DNA from: Eledone cirrhosa
Lineage: Eukaryota
Reading direction: 5' to 3'
Length of the DNA stretch: 64,000 nt
Assembly: GCA_964016885.1 (NCBI GenBank)
Contig: CAXHJY010000551.1
Span: 62,001-126,000 of the forward strand
In this document: in pieces, positions 52,392 to 64,000 of the stretch
Layout: the number at the start of each line of letters is the position of its first letter
Numbering within the stretch: the first letter of the stretch is position 1
Notes under the pieces: model-generated
What the model was told of the DNA's origin: nothing
The model's database searches: none
Seen by the model: only the letters and a program-made list of their open reading frames with translations
Translations under genes and position numbers: made by a program

Positions 52392-53311
52392 ATCTCTCAC
52401 CCAGAGAAATCGGAAGATCCTATTCAATGTTCAAACAAGATGAAAAAATGGACAAATTTACAGAAAAAGTTCTGCATGGATACTTGAGACGTAAAACACA
52501 GACCATAGAGAGGTTAAACCACTCAAAAAGCCTGGCATGGAGTTCCGACAAGTTTATGACATCACACCTTGAGGGATAACTCTATGCAATACAGGAACAA
52601 GAACTCCCTACCAAATATCTGCTGCACAAAAGGGGAGGGCCATCAGCTGACAATAAATGTAGGCTATGAAAAACAAAGATCAAGGATGTAAGCCACATTG
52701 TTGCCAGCTGCGAAAGAATGTCATCTCGCTACTACCTCCCCACGAGACACGATGGGATAGCTAGAACCATCTGGAACGCACTTCGGAAAACAAAATTAAC
52801 AACAAACGAGGAAGAATACATTGAGACAGATGGCACTAAGGAATACTGGTGGAACCTGAAAATAAAAACTGCCACCAAATTAAAGCACAACCGGCCTGAT
52901 ATTGTTGTTTGGGACCACCCATTGAAAACGTGTTATGTTGTGGAGATCAGCTGCCCACTTGATGTAAACGTTGTCAGAAAAATACAGGAGAAGGATAACA
53001 TCTACGGACCATTGATGAGGAGTTTACAAATCCAGTATCCAAGATACACCTTTAGCTTCATACCCATCATTATTGGAGCTACGGGTTATATACCAACCCG
53101 TTTGGACCAAAGTATGACTGAACTTGGATTTGCGGACAAAGAGCGCGGTTCCCTAATTCATAGTCTACAAATGGCTGCGATAGCTGGCACCTTCAAAATT
53201 TGAAAAACATTCTTGCGATTCAAGGGATGACAATTTCTTTTCTTTTACAACCTTGCCACCAGGAAGGTGGCCGGTCAAAAAAATATACTCGAAATTAAGA
53301 GAAAGAGATAA
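52390..53311 (+). mobile_element. 5'-truncated R4/Dong-like non-LTR retrotransposon (zinc knuckle + restriction-like endonuclease), decayed
   Basis: HGYL...AIQEQELPT...CRL...SHIVASC, RHD, NRPDIVVWD...VVEISCP...EK, PIIIGATG are typical R4-clade C-terminal motifs. In-frame stops are present. Flanked by (CATA)n. Confidence 0.85.
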
Positions 53312-53738
53312 CATACATACATACACATTTTGAAGAATATTATGGAGAAATCAGATAAAAAGCAGGACAGTGAAATAGAACAGGAGAATGTATTACAAGC
53401 AGAACAAATATATGAGCTGTTATTGACAATATCATAATTTACAAGACAGAACTTTTATTGAGATGAAATGGAACGCAATGTCTAAATAATATCGTTCTTA
53501 AAAAATTAGTTCACGCTGACCTTTACAGAAACACATCCGCACACACACGAACACACACAAGTGCTTATACCTATATGTGATATATATATAAATACACGCG
53601 CAAGCACACACATACACACACACGCACATACAGACATACAAACACATATGTATATATATATAGAGAGAGAGAGAGGAAAAGAGAGATAAAGAGAAAAAGA
53701 GAAATAGATATCTAAATACATATACGTATATATATAAT

Positions 53739-53776
<38 letters not shown>

Positions 53777-53951
53777 TATATACATATATATATATATACA
53801 TATATATATACACACATATATATATATACACACATATATATATATATATGCATATATATATATATATATATATAGAATATATATATATACATATATATAT
53901 ATATACATATATATATACACACATATATATATATACACACATATATATATA

Positions 53952-54063
<112 letters not shown>

Positions 54064-55400
54064 CAGAGAGATGCAGACATATGCAATCTTTTATTATCTA
54101 ATTGGCTCAAATATAATATGCTACTTACATATATTGCCAGTGATGTAAAGTCCGACAGGTGATGTAGAACCACACAACAAGAAGCAGTGCCGATCTATTG
54201 TAAAGTCGTGTCCAGTAAAGACGAAAATACCGCAGATAATATATTGTTATTGCAACATAATATCCACCAAAGACGGAAATATCACACAGAAGACGTTGCT
54301 ATTACAAAGTCATATCCACCAAAGATGAAAATATCACAGGGAAGACGTTACTATATAAAGTCATATCTAACAAAAGCTAGGATATCACTGAGAAAATGAC
54401 GTTATTGCAAAGGATATCGTTATTATAATTGCCACTATTTTTTAGATTGTTATTCTTATTATCATTGCTGCTGCTGTTATGGTAGATTAGCCATAATTAC
54501 GATGTTGTCGTTTGTCTCATTTATATAGTCTTCATTGTTTTATAACTATTGTGGTCGTTATTACACGTCTTTTTATTTTCTTGTATTTTTGTTCTTGTTT
54601 ATGCCTATGATTTTACTAGTGCAAATTTTACTGTTGTAGTTGTTATTGATGTTGCATAACCCCAGGTCAGAGTTGACTGATCAGATTTATGAATAATGGA
54701 ATTCCACGTAACCCTTGAGGGCTACCTCTGAATACACTTTCTAATGCCTTCTTTAATCGTTGGAGATGGTAATATGCGATTTTAGGAAATATGTCCGTTA
54801 TTTGTCGCGAATTTAGTGACAAATATAGGCTCCTTCTAATGCTAGATGTTATTGTTGTTGTTGCAGTAGTAGTGTTTATTGCTATAGTTGTTGTTGTTGA
54901 AGATGTTCTGAGAGTAGCGTAAAAACACGTCCTTATTCATTGTCTCATGTTATATAAATGCATCAAGTGAGTTTGGTAATATGTCGCCATGCAATGAATA
55001 TCACGTTTCAGCCAACCTCATTAGTTGCTATCAAAGCATTTTCCCTCTATCTTTTGTATATGTGTGTGCCTCTCTCTTCTTCTCTCACTCTCTCCTGTCT
55101 GTCTTTCTCTCTATGACCAACTCTTCTCACACTGCCCCCAGGAATAACAGTCACAAAAGCTAATCTGCTCGCCTGGTTTCGCAAACATAAGATCTTCTAT
55201 CACTCTCCCCCTCCCGATATAACTCACACCTTTCCATTCTCCCTTTCTCTGTTAAACCATACCTTCCACCTCTCTCTTCTGTTGTTCAATGTCTTTTTCC
55301 TATCTTATATATATATATCTTACACACATACATACACACACACACACTCGTATATATATGCGGGTGTGTACATATCCATATATTTCATATAGGTATATGT

Positions 55401-55449
<49 letters not shown>

Positions 55450-55488
55450 CCTATATGAAATATATGGATATGTACATATGTATATATA

Positions 55489-55693
55489 AATTAAAATAAC
55501 AGATTACATTTTCAGAAGATCCCATTAAGGGTGAAATCAACGATTCTTTGATTTCACCCTTAATGGGATCTTCTGAAAATTTAATCTGTTATTTTAATTT
55601 TAATAAATGTTTGCTCTAGGATTCTTATATATTTGATTTATATTTATCCTTATCGAGCCCTCTTTGGATTTTAGCGTTCACATTTATTTTTCT

Positions 55694-55697
<4 letters not shown>
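55489..55697. mobile_element. Family A short, doubly inverted element
   Basis: Hairpin centred near 55544 plus the family A tail on the right. Confidence 0.85.
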
Positions 55698-55745
<48 letters not shown>

Positions 55746-56002
55746 ACATATATATATTCAGAGAGAGGAAGAGAAAGAGATTAAGTAAAATCGAAGTCAG
55801 TGTTGGAGCATATATACAAACTTTATTGACATATAACAATTGTTTCGATATCGATCAGATCAGGGTACAATGACACTGACGGAGCCCGACCCTTTTCAGA
55901 TATCTCGTCAAATATGCGAGCAGACATGTGTCGGTGTTGTTACATACCCAAAGAAAACACACACACGCCCCCCCCCCCCCCCGACACATATATATATGTA
56001 TA

Positions 56003-56176
56003 TAGGAAAAGAGTCAGGACCCCGACAGCTGAACATGAGTTCAGACCTAGCTGTCGAAACGGCCGGAGCTCAACCGTCGGGGTCCTGACTATTTTCCTAT
56101 TACCCACTCTACTACACTAAGTATCGTGTATTCTGGTGCGTTATGGTCCACCTGGTTCCTTACCACACTTCCTTCG

Positions 56177-56179
<3 letters not shown>
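56003..56179. mobile_element. Family F element
   Basis: taggaaaa..agtcaggaccccgac / gtcggggtcctgact..ttttccta arms plus the family tail. Confidence 0.85.
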
Positions 56180-56249
<70 letters not shown>

Positions 56250-56555
56250 CATGTGCATATATACATATTCACATATATGTACATATATACATATATACAT
56301 ATATACATATATACATGTGTGTATGTATCTATGTGTCTGTCCCTGTGTGTGGATATTTTATCCACGACGCGGCCTTTAGGTATTTTCGAGGACATCATCT
56401 GTTTACACACATAATCAGTGCATTGTTCCTTTTCAGTTTTACTATATCTTTTTGGCCGTCCTCGTTTAATAAATTCCATGTGAATATGTTTCGCTGATGA
56501 GGTCTATATCCACTGCTCTGCTTTATATTTTCCCAAAAGAATTGGACCCACCTCA

Positions 56556-56722
56556 CAGTGCCAGATTTAGGACAAATGAGGCCCCTCTGCTAGTTAAGTT
56601 ATGAGGCCCCAAACATTTGAAAAGTTCATCGTAAACATTTTGGGGGGCAGGAAGATGGGCCACACTGGCCCAACGGAGCCCTCTGTTAAGCACACCTAAT
56701 CACAATGGTAAATCCTGCACTA
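56556..56722. mobile_element. MITE with CAGTGCC.GATTTA-type TIRs
   Basis: cagtgccagattta / taaatcctgcacta; imperfect 8-bp TSD ccacctca/ccaccaga. Confidence 0.6.
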
Positions 56723-57226
56723 CCACCAGACCACCTATAGATATGTTTTGCCTCACCTGTTTCGCATTATCAGATCACTCCTAAAGGTAGTTTCGGTGTT
56801 GAATTTGTGAAAATTGTCTAAGTTGAATGATGTGTTGATCCTGCTCACTGTATTCGGAATGTGTTTCTCTATACAGATTAATACACCTCATGCAGAACTG
56901 ACACAGTTTGTTGAATAAAGTTTAAATTTTAAACTGTTAAAATCTAAATGCCTATAATATTAAATCAGTTCCTTAGAATGAAATCTGTTACTATGTGTCT
57001 CAAGAACCGATGGGACTGCGGAAGATTCTAAAGTTTAATAGTATAATCTTTAAATCTTTATACAGTAAACTTTACCATTATTGATTTAAAACATTTTAAA
57101 GAATTTTATTTCTGAATTTTTTAACACTATTCCTCTTTCAATAACTTACCTTTATTTTGAATTCACACACACACACATATATATATATTTGATTACATAC
57201 ACATATATTTGTATTATACACAGACG

Positions 57227-57298
<72 letters not shown>

Positions 57299-57714
57299 AT
57301 GCATATGTATGCATATGTATATATATATATATATATACATATTTATTATTCAGAATATTAATAAATAAAGACATTCACATGATCAAAATATGTTTTATTA
57401 TATACTAGCAGTTTAGCCCGGCATTGCTCGGGTTTGTTCATCTGCTATGAAAAGTTACATACAGGTAAACGTGGCTTGAAAGCGAATAAGCTTATCAATT
57501 AAGTGCATAAAGCAGTTGAACCGGTTATTAAAAGTTACGAACCAATTAGCATTTTGGACAATAAATGATGGGTTAATAATCTTCCAATAGCGAATTTAGT
57601 AGACCACAGTTGCAAGATAGTGGCCCTGATGCCGCTGGGTGTCAGATCTGACCCTACCAGGAAATAGTTTTCGAGACGGCATAGCTCCAACACCTCCAGC
57701 ACCTGCACCAAAAT

Positions 57715-57970
57715 CTATAGCACCTCTTTGTAGACGATATTGTGTGTCATCCCTTGAGGAGTGTAAGCAAAAAGTCCATTCCTGCTCCCTACGCGAGAAC
57801 AGGCAACATAAAGTTGGCCATGGAAGAAACATGGCTCCCCCCAAATGGATGCCCGCCATCGACAATGTTTGCCCTTGTGACTTAATGGGCATGACAAAAC
57901 ATAGTCTCACCGGGAATTGGGATCGCCGGAAATCGAACGGGATATCTGACGCCGAGGGAAAAAGGTTCAT
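57715..57970 (-). pseudogene. C-terminal fragment of the Helitron Rep/Hel (Pif1-family helicase)
   Basis: QFPVRLCFVMPIKSQGQTL and EPCFFHGQLYVACSRVG...THNIVYKEVL across a frameshift. Confidence 0.88.
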
Positions 57971-58202
57971 CCTTGGCAGTGTATTCGGCAGAATTGCCAG
58001 AAGTACAACACTATGGGTGTTGTCATATTAATATTTAACCAATGAAAGTCGTAAAAAATAAATAATTTAAACATTACGATTCATATGTCTATAGCATTAA
58101 TCTGTTATATGAGGTACTATTTTGAGGGTTGTTATTTGCAATAAGCCGATGTAAAATACCCCAGAAAAGCCGTATGTCAATACGGAACTCCAATGACTCC
58201 CC

Positions 58203-58525
58203 AGCAATTAAATTATAGAGAGGGGGAATAATCTATTATAGAGAGAGGGAAGAGCGATGGAGAGAGTAAAGCCAAGAAACTATAGGGAGGTGTGTAAAAC
58301 AGTGTTGTCATATAGAGAGTGAAGAGCGACAGAGAGAGTAAAGCAGTTAAATTATAGAGAGGGGGAATAATCTATTATAGAGAGAGGGGAGAGCGACGGA
58401 GAGAGTAAAGCTAAGAAACTATAGGGATGTGTGTTAAACCTCAAAGCATGAAGAGTTTAAAGCAGTTAAATTATAGAGAGGGGAAATGATCTATTATAGA
58501 GAGAGGGAAGAGCGACGGAGAGAGC
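58203..58525. repeat. Minisatellite inside the Helitron
   Basis: Three copies of aaattatagagagggggaataatctattatagagagaggg(a/g)agagcgacggagagag with spacers. Confidence 0.85.
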
Positions 58526-59278
58526 GTTATGACTATGTTTGTTGTATAAAATGATGTGTTGCTTAGTTTTCAAAGTTTATGTCACGTTCCTAAAAGAAGT
58601 TTTGTCTCTGATGGAGTTTTGTCTCTGAGTGAATAAGCGTGTAGAGAGAGGGTTACAGCATGTATTTAGTTTTATCTATTTTTTCATAGAAGCAGGAAAC
58701 TTTTGCAAAAGTTTATTACGCGTTGACCATCGTTGGTATAGTTGAAGCACGTTGGAAAAAGAAATCCTCAAAAACGGTAGAGAAATGTGGAAATGCATAA
58801 AAATCATACACACACACAATCAGACATCTTCCGTTTTATATATATAGAGAGATATTTCGAAGGTACTGTGCTGTTTTTCCAGTACGTCCTCGTCAGATAA
58901 AATACATGAATTGATGTATGACATACCTCAACGGTCTTGATGGTTCAATTCCAGTATTGGCAGTTATGAGGCTTTTGCTTTCACTGCCAATACTGGAATT
59001 GAACCATCAAGACCGTTGAGGTATGTCATACATCAATTCATGTATTTTATCTGACGAGAGGACGTACTAAAAAAAAACAACACAGTACCTTCGAAATATA
59101 TATAATAAAACATATATTTTGATTATGTGTATGTCTTCATTTATTAATATTCTGAAAAATATTAATAACTCCAGAAAATTTCATTGTAGAGTGCTTTTAA
59201 TCTATTGTAAAACTATATTCATTGACTAATCAATGAACCATATTAATCTTTGGTTATATATACATATATATATATATA

Positions 59279-59361
<83 letters not shown>

Positions 59362-59365
<4 letters not shown>

Positions 59366-60148
59366 TGCTAGGGAAAGGATCAGGGGTGTATAACACTCCA
59401 CTTATCCAGCAGGCAGTATGAGGTTAGCTCAATGTAAGGACAAAGCCGTAATATAATAAATAAATAACAAAGAACGCTTATAGCATATGCATATCTTTAC
59501 TTGCTAACATTGTTTCATCCGCACTATAAGTGGGACTCATCAGAGCATAAAGGTTAATTACATACCATACAAGCAATAACAAATCCAAGACATTGAAGAA
59601 TGAAAGGTAATAATAGACGATAGAGGATAAGAATAAAAATAAAAATAAAAATAAAAGTAAAAATAAAAATAAAAATAAAAATAAGGGGTGCTATCAGTCA
59701 CAGTTGGGCGGGATGCTGTCAACATATAGTTACATACAAGCATACACATGGATAAGAGTACAGACAGGAGTAGACACATGGATAAGAGAACAGACAAGAG
59801 TAGATAAGATAATGGGATTAGGTAAGAGTAGGTAAAAAATAGGTAAAAAATAGGTGGAAAACAGACTTATAATATATATAAAAAGAAATACAAAGAAATA
59901 CATAACAAACTTACATATAAAATATAAAAAATAAAATATAGGGTAAGGAATGAGATAAAATAATATAAAATTAAAAATTAAAAATTATATACATAGAACA
60001 TAATATAGTATAATCGTAAAATAAGATAAAATAAGGTAAACTAAAATCAAATAACATAGACTAAATTAAAATAATATAATATAAGATATAATTAAATGTA
60101 TAATTAAATGTAATTAAATGTAATTAAATAAAATAAAATAAAATAAAA

Positions 60149-60179
<31 letters not shown>

Positions 60180-60246
60180 AAATTAAAAATTAAATAAATA
60201 AATAAAATTAAAATTAAAATGTTAATTTTATTTATTTATTTAATTT

Positions 60247-60281
<35 letters not shown>

Positions 60282-60980
60282 TTTTATTTTATTTTATTTT
60301 ATTTAATTACATTTAATTACATTTAATTATACATTTAATTATATCTTATATTATATTATTTTAATTTAGTCTATGTTATTTGATTTTAGTATACCTTATT
60401 TTATCTTATTTTACGATTATACTATATTATGTTCTATGTATATAATTTTTAATTTTTAATTTTATATTATTTTATCTCATTCCTTACCTTATATTTTATT
60501 TTTTATATTTTATATGTAAGTTTGTTATGTATTTCTTTGTATTTCTTTTTATATATATTATAAGTCTGTTTTCCACCTATTTTTTACCTATTTTTTACCT
60601 ACTCTTACCTAATCCCATTATCTTATCTACTCTTGTCTGTTCTCTTATCCATGTGTCTACTCCTGTCTGTACTCTTATCCATGTGTATGCTTGTATGTAA
60701 CTATATGTTGACAGCACCCCGCCCAACTGTGACTGATAGCACCCCTTATTTTTATTTTTATTTTTATTTTTACTTTTATTTTTATTTTAATTTTTATTCT
60801 TATCCTCTATCGTCTATTATTACCTTTCATTCTTCAATGTCTTGGATTTGTTATTGCTTGTATGGTATGTAATTAACCTTTATGCTCTGATGAGTCCCAC
60901 TTATAGTGCGGATGAAACAATGTTCGCAAGTAAAGATATGCATATGCTATAAGCGTTCTTTGTTATTTATTTATTATATT
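59362..60980. mobile_element. Family H: ~1.5-kb near-perfect palindrome in (TA)n
   Basis: 59450-~60213 and ~60225-60980 are reverse complements (mirror ORFs 59558-59797 - and 60633-60872 +), with an unpaired ~88 nt tail (59362-59449). Confidence 0.93.
59502..59547 (-). ncRNA. Type I hammerhead motif (family H); mirror copy 60883-60928 (+)
   Basis: tgct-CTGATGA-gtcc cac ttata gtg c ggat-GAAA-c aat g-TT-agca. The mirror copy has one stem I mismatch. Confidence 0.75.
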
Positions 60981-61017
60981 TATTATATTTATTATATATA
61001 TATATATATATATATTC

Positions 61018-61054
<37 letters not shown>

Positions 61055-61075
61055 TCTATATATATATACACACAC

Positions 61076-61106
<31 letters not shown>

Positions 61107-61142
61107 TATAAATATATATATATATATATATATGTGTATATT

Positions 61143-61262
<120 letters not shown>

Positions 61263-61348
61263 CATATATATAAATATACATATATAAAGAAAAACAGATG
61301 AAATCGAAAATGCAACTGGAGTCTTATTAAAAAAAAATATATATATAT

Positions 61349-61467
<119 letters not shown>

Positions 61468-61582
61468 TATATACATATATAAATATGTATATATATACAT
61501 ATATAAATATATATATACATATATATATATACATATATATATACACATATATATATATATATATATACATATATAAATATAT

Positions 61583-61617
<35 letters not shown>

Positions 61618-61641
61618 TATATATACATATATATATGTATG

Positions 61642-61687
<46 letters not shown>

Positions 61688-62307
61688 GATACATATACAT
61701 ATGTATATATATATCTGTATAAATATGTATATATATATGTGTGTGTATACGGAGAGTACACGAATGAGGATGATATACCCGAACCTTCGATAGATAGATG
61801 CAGTAGACAATAGAGTAATTAACGCGGTCACATGAATGCATATATGTATATTTTTTTGTCCGCTATTGCTTGTATGTGTATTGACTGTGTATTGACTGTG
61901 TCTATATAAGTATGTATGGTATTCAGTTTCCATATTTGTCTCGTCTCTTGCTTTCACAGAGCAAACATTCACTTGAATCGGAAGTACATTTACGATATTT
62001 AATTGATCAACCAGTCAGTATAATCTTCCGCGTTGAACGATGGTCACTAACAGGAAGCAGACCGGAAAGTTTGCTTGTTACTCACGGTAGCGGCTTCCGG
62101 AAATCCCATTATTTAAATCCGGTCATGTGAATCTAATATTTCTCAAGTGAGATGGAACGTACTGGCGAGTGTTGTCAAGGCCAGGCAGGTAAAGGTAAAT
62201 TGACTTGAGTCAGTAAGTTCAAAGGAAGCTTTATCTTTCATTAGTGGTCAGTACGGTTCGGACTGGCTTTCTCTACACCTCTCTCCTCTCCCTCTCTATC
62301 GTCTCTC

Positions 62308-62405
<98 letters not shown>

Positions 62406-63166
62406 CCTCTCTCTCTCTCTCTCCACCTCACTCATTCTTTATGTATTTATCTCGTTTCTGTATGTTTGTGTTTGTGTGCATGAGTATGTTTGTGTGTATA
62501 TGTCGTTTGTATACCTGTGTGTGATTGTGTGTGTACATGTGTACATATACGTGAATATATCTATGTTTTATGTGTGCTTATCAAAGAGTGATAGTTATAA
62601 TATTATTGGACTCGGATTATTTAGATTTGAACCGGGGAATATACGATTATCTGAATTAGATATCAGAAAGATTAATCTATCACGGGAATCGAAACCAATT
62701 AATCGAAACCCAATAACATAAGTAAAATAAAATAAAAATTAAGTATAAAAAAATAATTCTAAACTTACTCTAAACAGGGAAACTAGGAGGGCAATACCGT
62801 TATTGACCTTGCTAGAAAGAGCAGCAAAATGTTATCTCTTGTTTTATATTATATGTTAAGAGGCGGTGAATTGCTTGAATCGTTAGAACGTTGGATAAAA
62901 TGTTTTACCGTATTCATTTCGGCTCTCTGCTCTCTGAGATCAAATCGGGCCGAGACCAGCTTTGCCTATCATCCATTCAATGTCAATAAAAAGAACCACT
63001 CTAGTACTGGGGTCAATTCTTCCTCTATATCTTTTTTCTCTCCCATTCCTTCATTCTCTAGCCTTGTCTAGAAGAAAGCTGCTGTATTCAGACCTGGAGA
63101 TGATTGGGCTACGCTGGGTTTTAAAATGCTCTAGAAACGCAGTATATTACTACTGCACGCTACGAT

Positions 63167-63442
63167 CAGGGCCGGATTTAATGAGGAAAAGGAGGGAAAT
63201 TGCCCCAGGCCCACTGCAGTGAGGAGCCCCAACAGCGACGGCCATAGCAATTTATTTGCGCCCTCAGCTGCACTTTTTACTTTCAGGATGTTTAGAAGTT
63301 TTGAATTTAATACTTGTATGTTTACCTTCTCAATTCCAATTACTTGCGCCAAGCTAACTTTGATATGTAAAATTGTGGGATCTTCTATGTATTCTTTTTT
63401 TTTGTGTATGAGGGGCACCCCCAAGGTATAAATCCAACCCTG
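63167..63442. mobile_element. MITE with CAGGGCCGGATTTA TIRs
   Basis: cagggccggattta / taaatccaaccctg; imperfect 8-bp TSD gctacgat/cttacgac. Confidence 0.7.
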
Positions 63443-63797
63443 CTTACGACTCCCTCGGGAGTTACAGGACCATACATGCATGTATATCGAAAAACAGGTG
63501 CAGGGCACGTTGAAACCCCCTTAGTAGAATACAATAATATTTATTCAAACTAGAATCTAAGTGTCGGAGCTATCGCTAGCAGCCACATCCGTATAAAAAT
63601 TGCCTTCAGTTATGAAAATTTCAATCACGTGGATATAAAGTGGATATGACAAATTGATAAATAGATAAAATATATCACTTCAAAATTAGGCATCAAGTAT
63701 TCTTTTTTATTTTATTTGTAAGTTTGTAGGAAGCAGTACATGCAATGGCAAAAATCCTGGCTGTATGTATATGTGTTCACACACAAACACACACACA

Positions 63798-63874
<77 letters not shown>

Positions 63875-64000
63875 CTCCTTGTCGCGGCGCCCAACGATTT
63901 CGGCTTGTGTGTTCTGGATATATTACATATATATATTTATATATATTTATATATACATAATATGTAGTGACATAACAACTACCTTTAGTCAATATATCGA

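Larger units (their letters stand above)
57405..58852 (-). mobile_element. Non-autonomous Helitron (1448 bp) with a Pif1-like helicase remnant and an internal minisatellite
   Basis: Minus strand begins TC (58852) and ends CTAG (57405). It has a subterminal hairpin cccgagcaatgccggg and sits between A and T with no TSD; removing it restores the host element exactly. Confidence 0.9.
57343..59256. mobile_element. Family G fold-back element interrupted by the Helitron; hammerhead motif at 59045-59110 (+)
   Basis: 57343-57404 plus 58853-58965 form the left arm, the right arm runs ~58983-59160 and the tail extends to 59256. Core CTGACGA...GAAA tatata TA. Confidence 0.88.

Noticed and set aside
56494-56530. 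Isolated CTGATGA motifs (also ~33869 and ~47827)
   Set aside because: No properly spaced stem II-GAAA-stem III-NUH-stem I could be formed.
59558-60872. Two near-identical 79-aa ORFs on opposite strands
   Set aside because: A by-product of the 1.5-kb palindrome; low-complexity sequence, not a duplicated gene.

Overview
AT-rich, microsatellite-saturated animal DNA, most likely cephalopod (octopus-type), inferred from the SINE families and simple-repeat content. No complete host gene is visible, only one plausible isolated exon (16025-16152, -), so the window looks like a giant intron or intergenic region. Recognisable mobile elements are two L1/Tx1-clade LINE copies (one full-length but decayed, one 5'-truncated with an intact 1145-aa ORF2), older Tx1, RTE, CRE-like and R4/Dong-like fragments, a decayed Penelope-like (PLE) RT, a non-autonomous Helitron, several MITEs and about 20 SINE pieces. 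Most other ORFs in the track are microsatellite artefacts. The most striking unannotated signal is a dense population of short non-coding elements, about 20 insertions from 8 or more largely unrelated families, mostly in (TA)n tracts. They are usually asymmetric fold-back palindromes with an unpaired 65-95 nt tail. Most carry a type I hammerhead ribozyme motif (CUGANGA...GAAA...NUH) that folds by eye, with compensatory changes between copies. They are best read as Penelope-derived or retrozyme-like retroelement ends. All calls are by eye; no database search or folding program was run.
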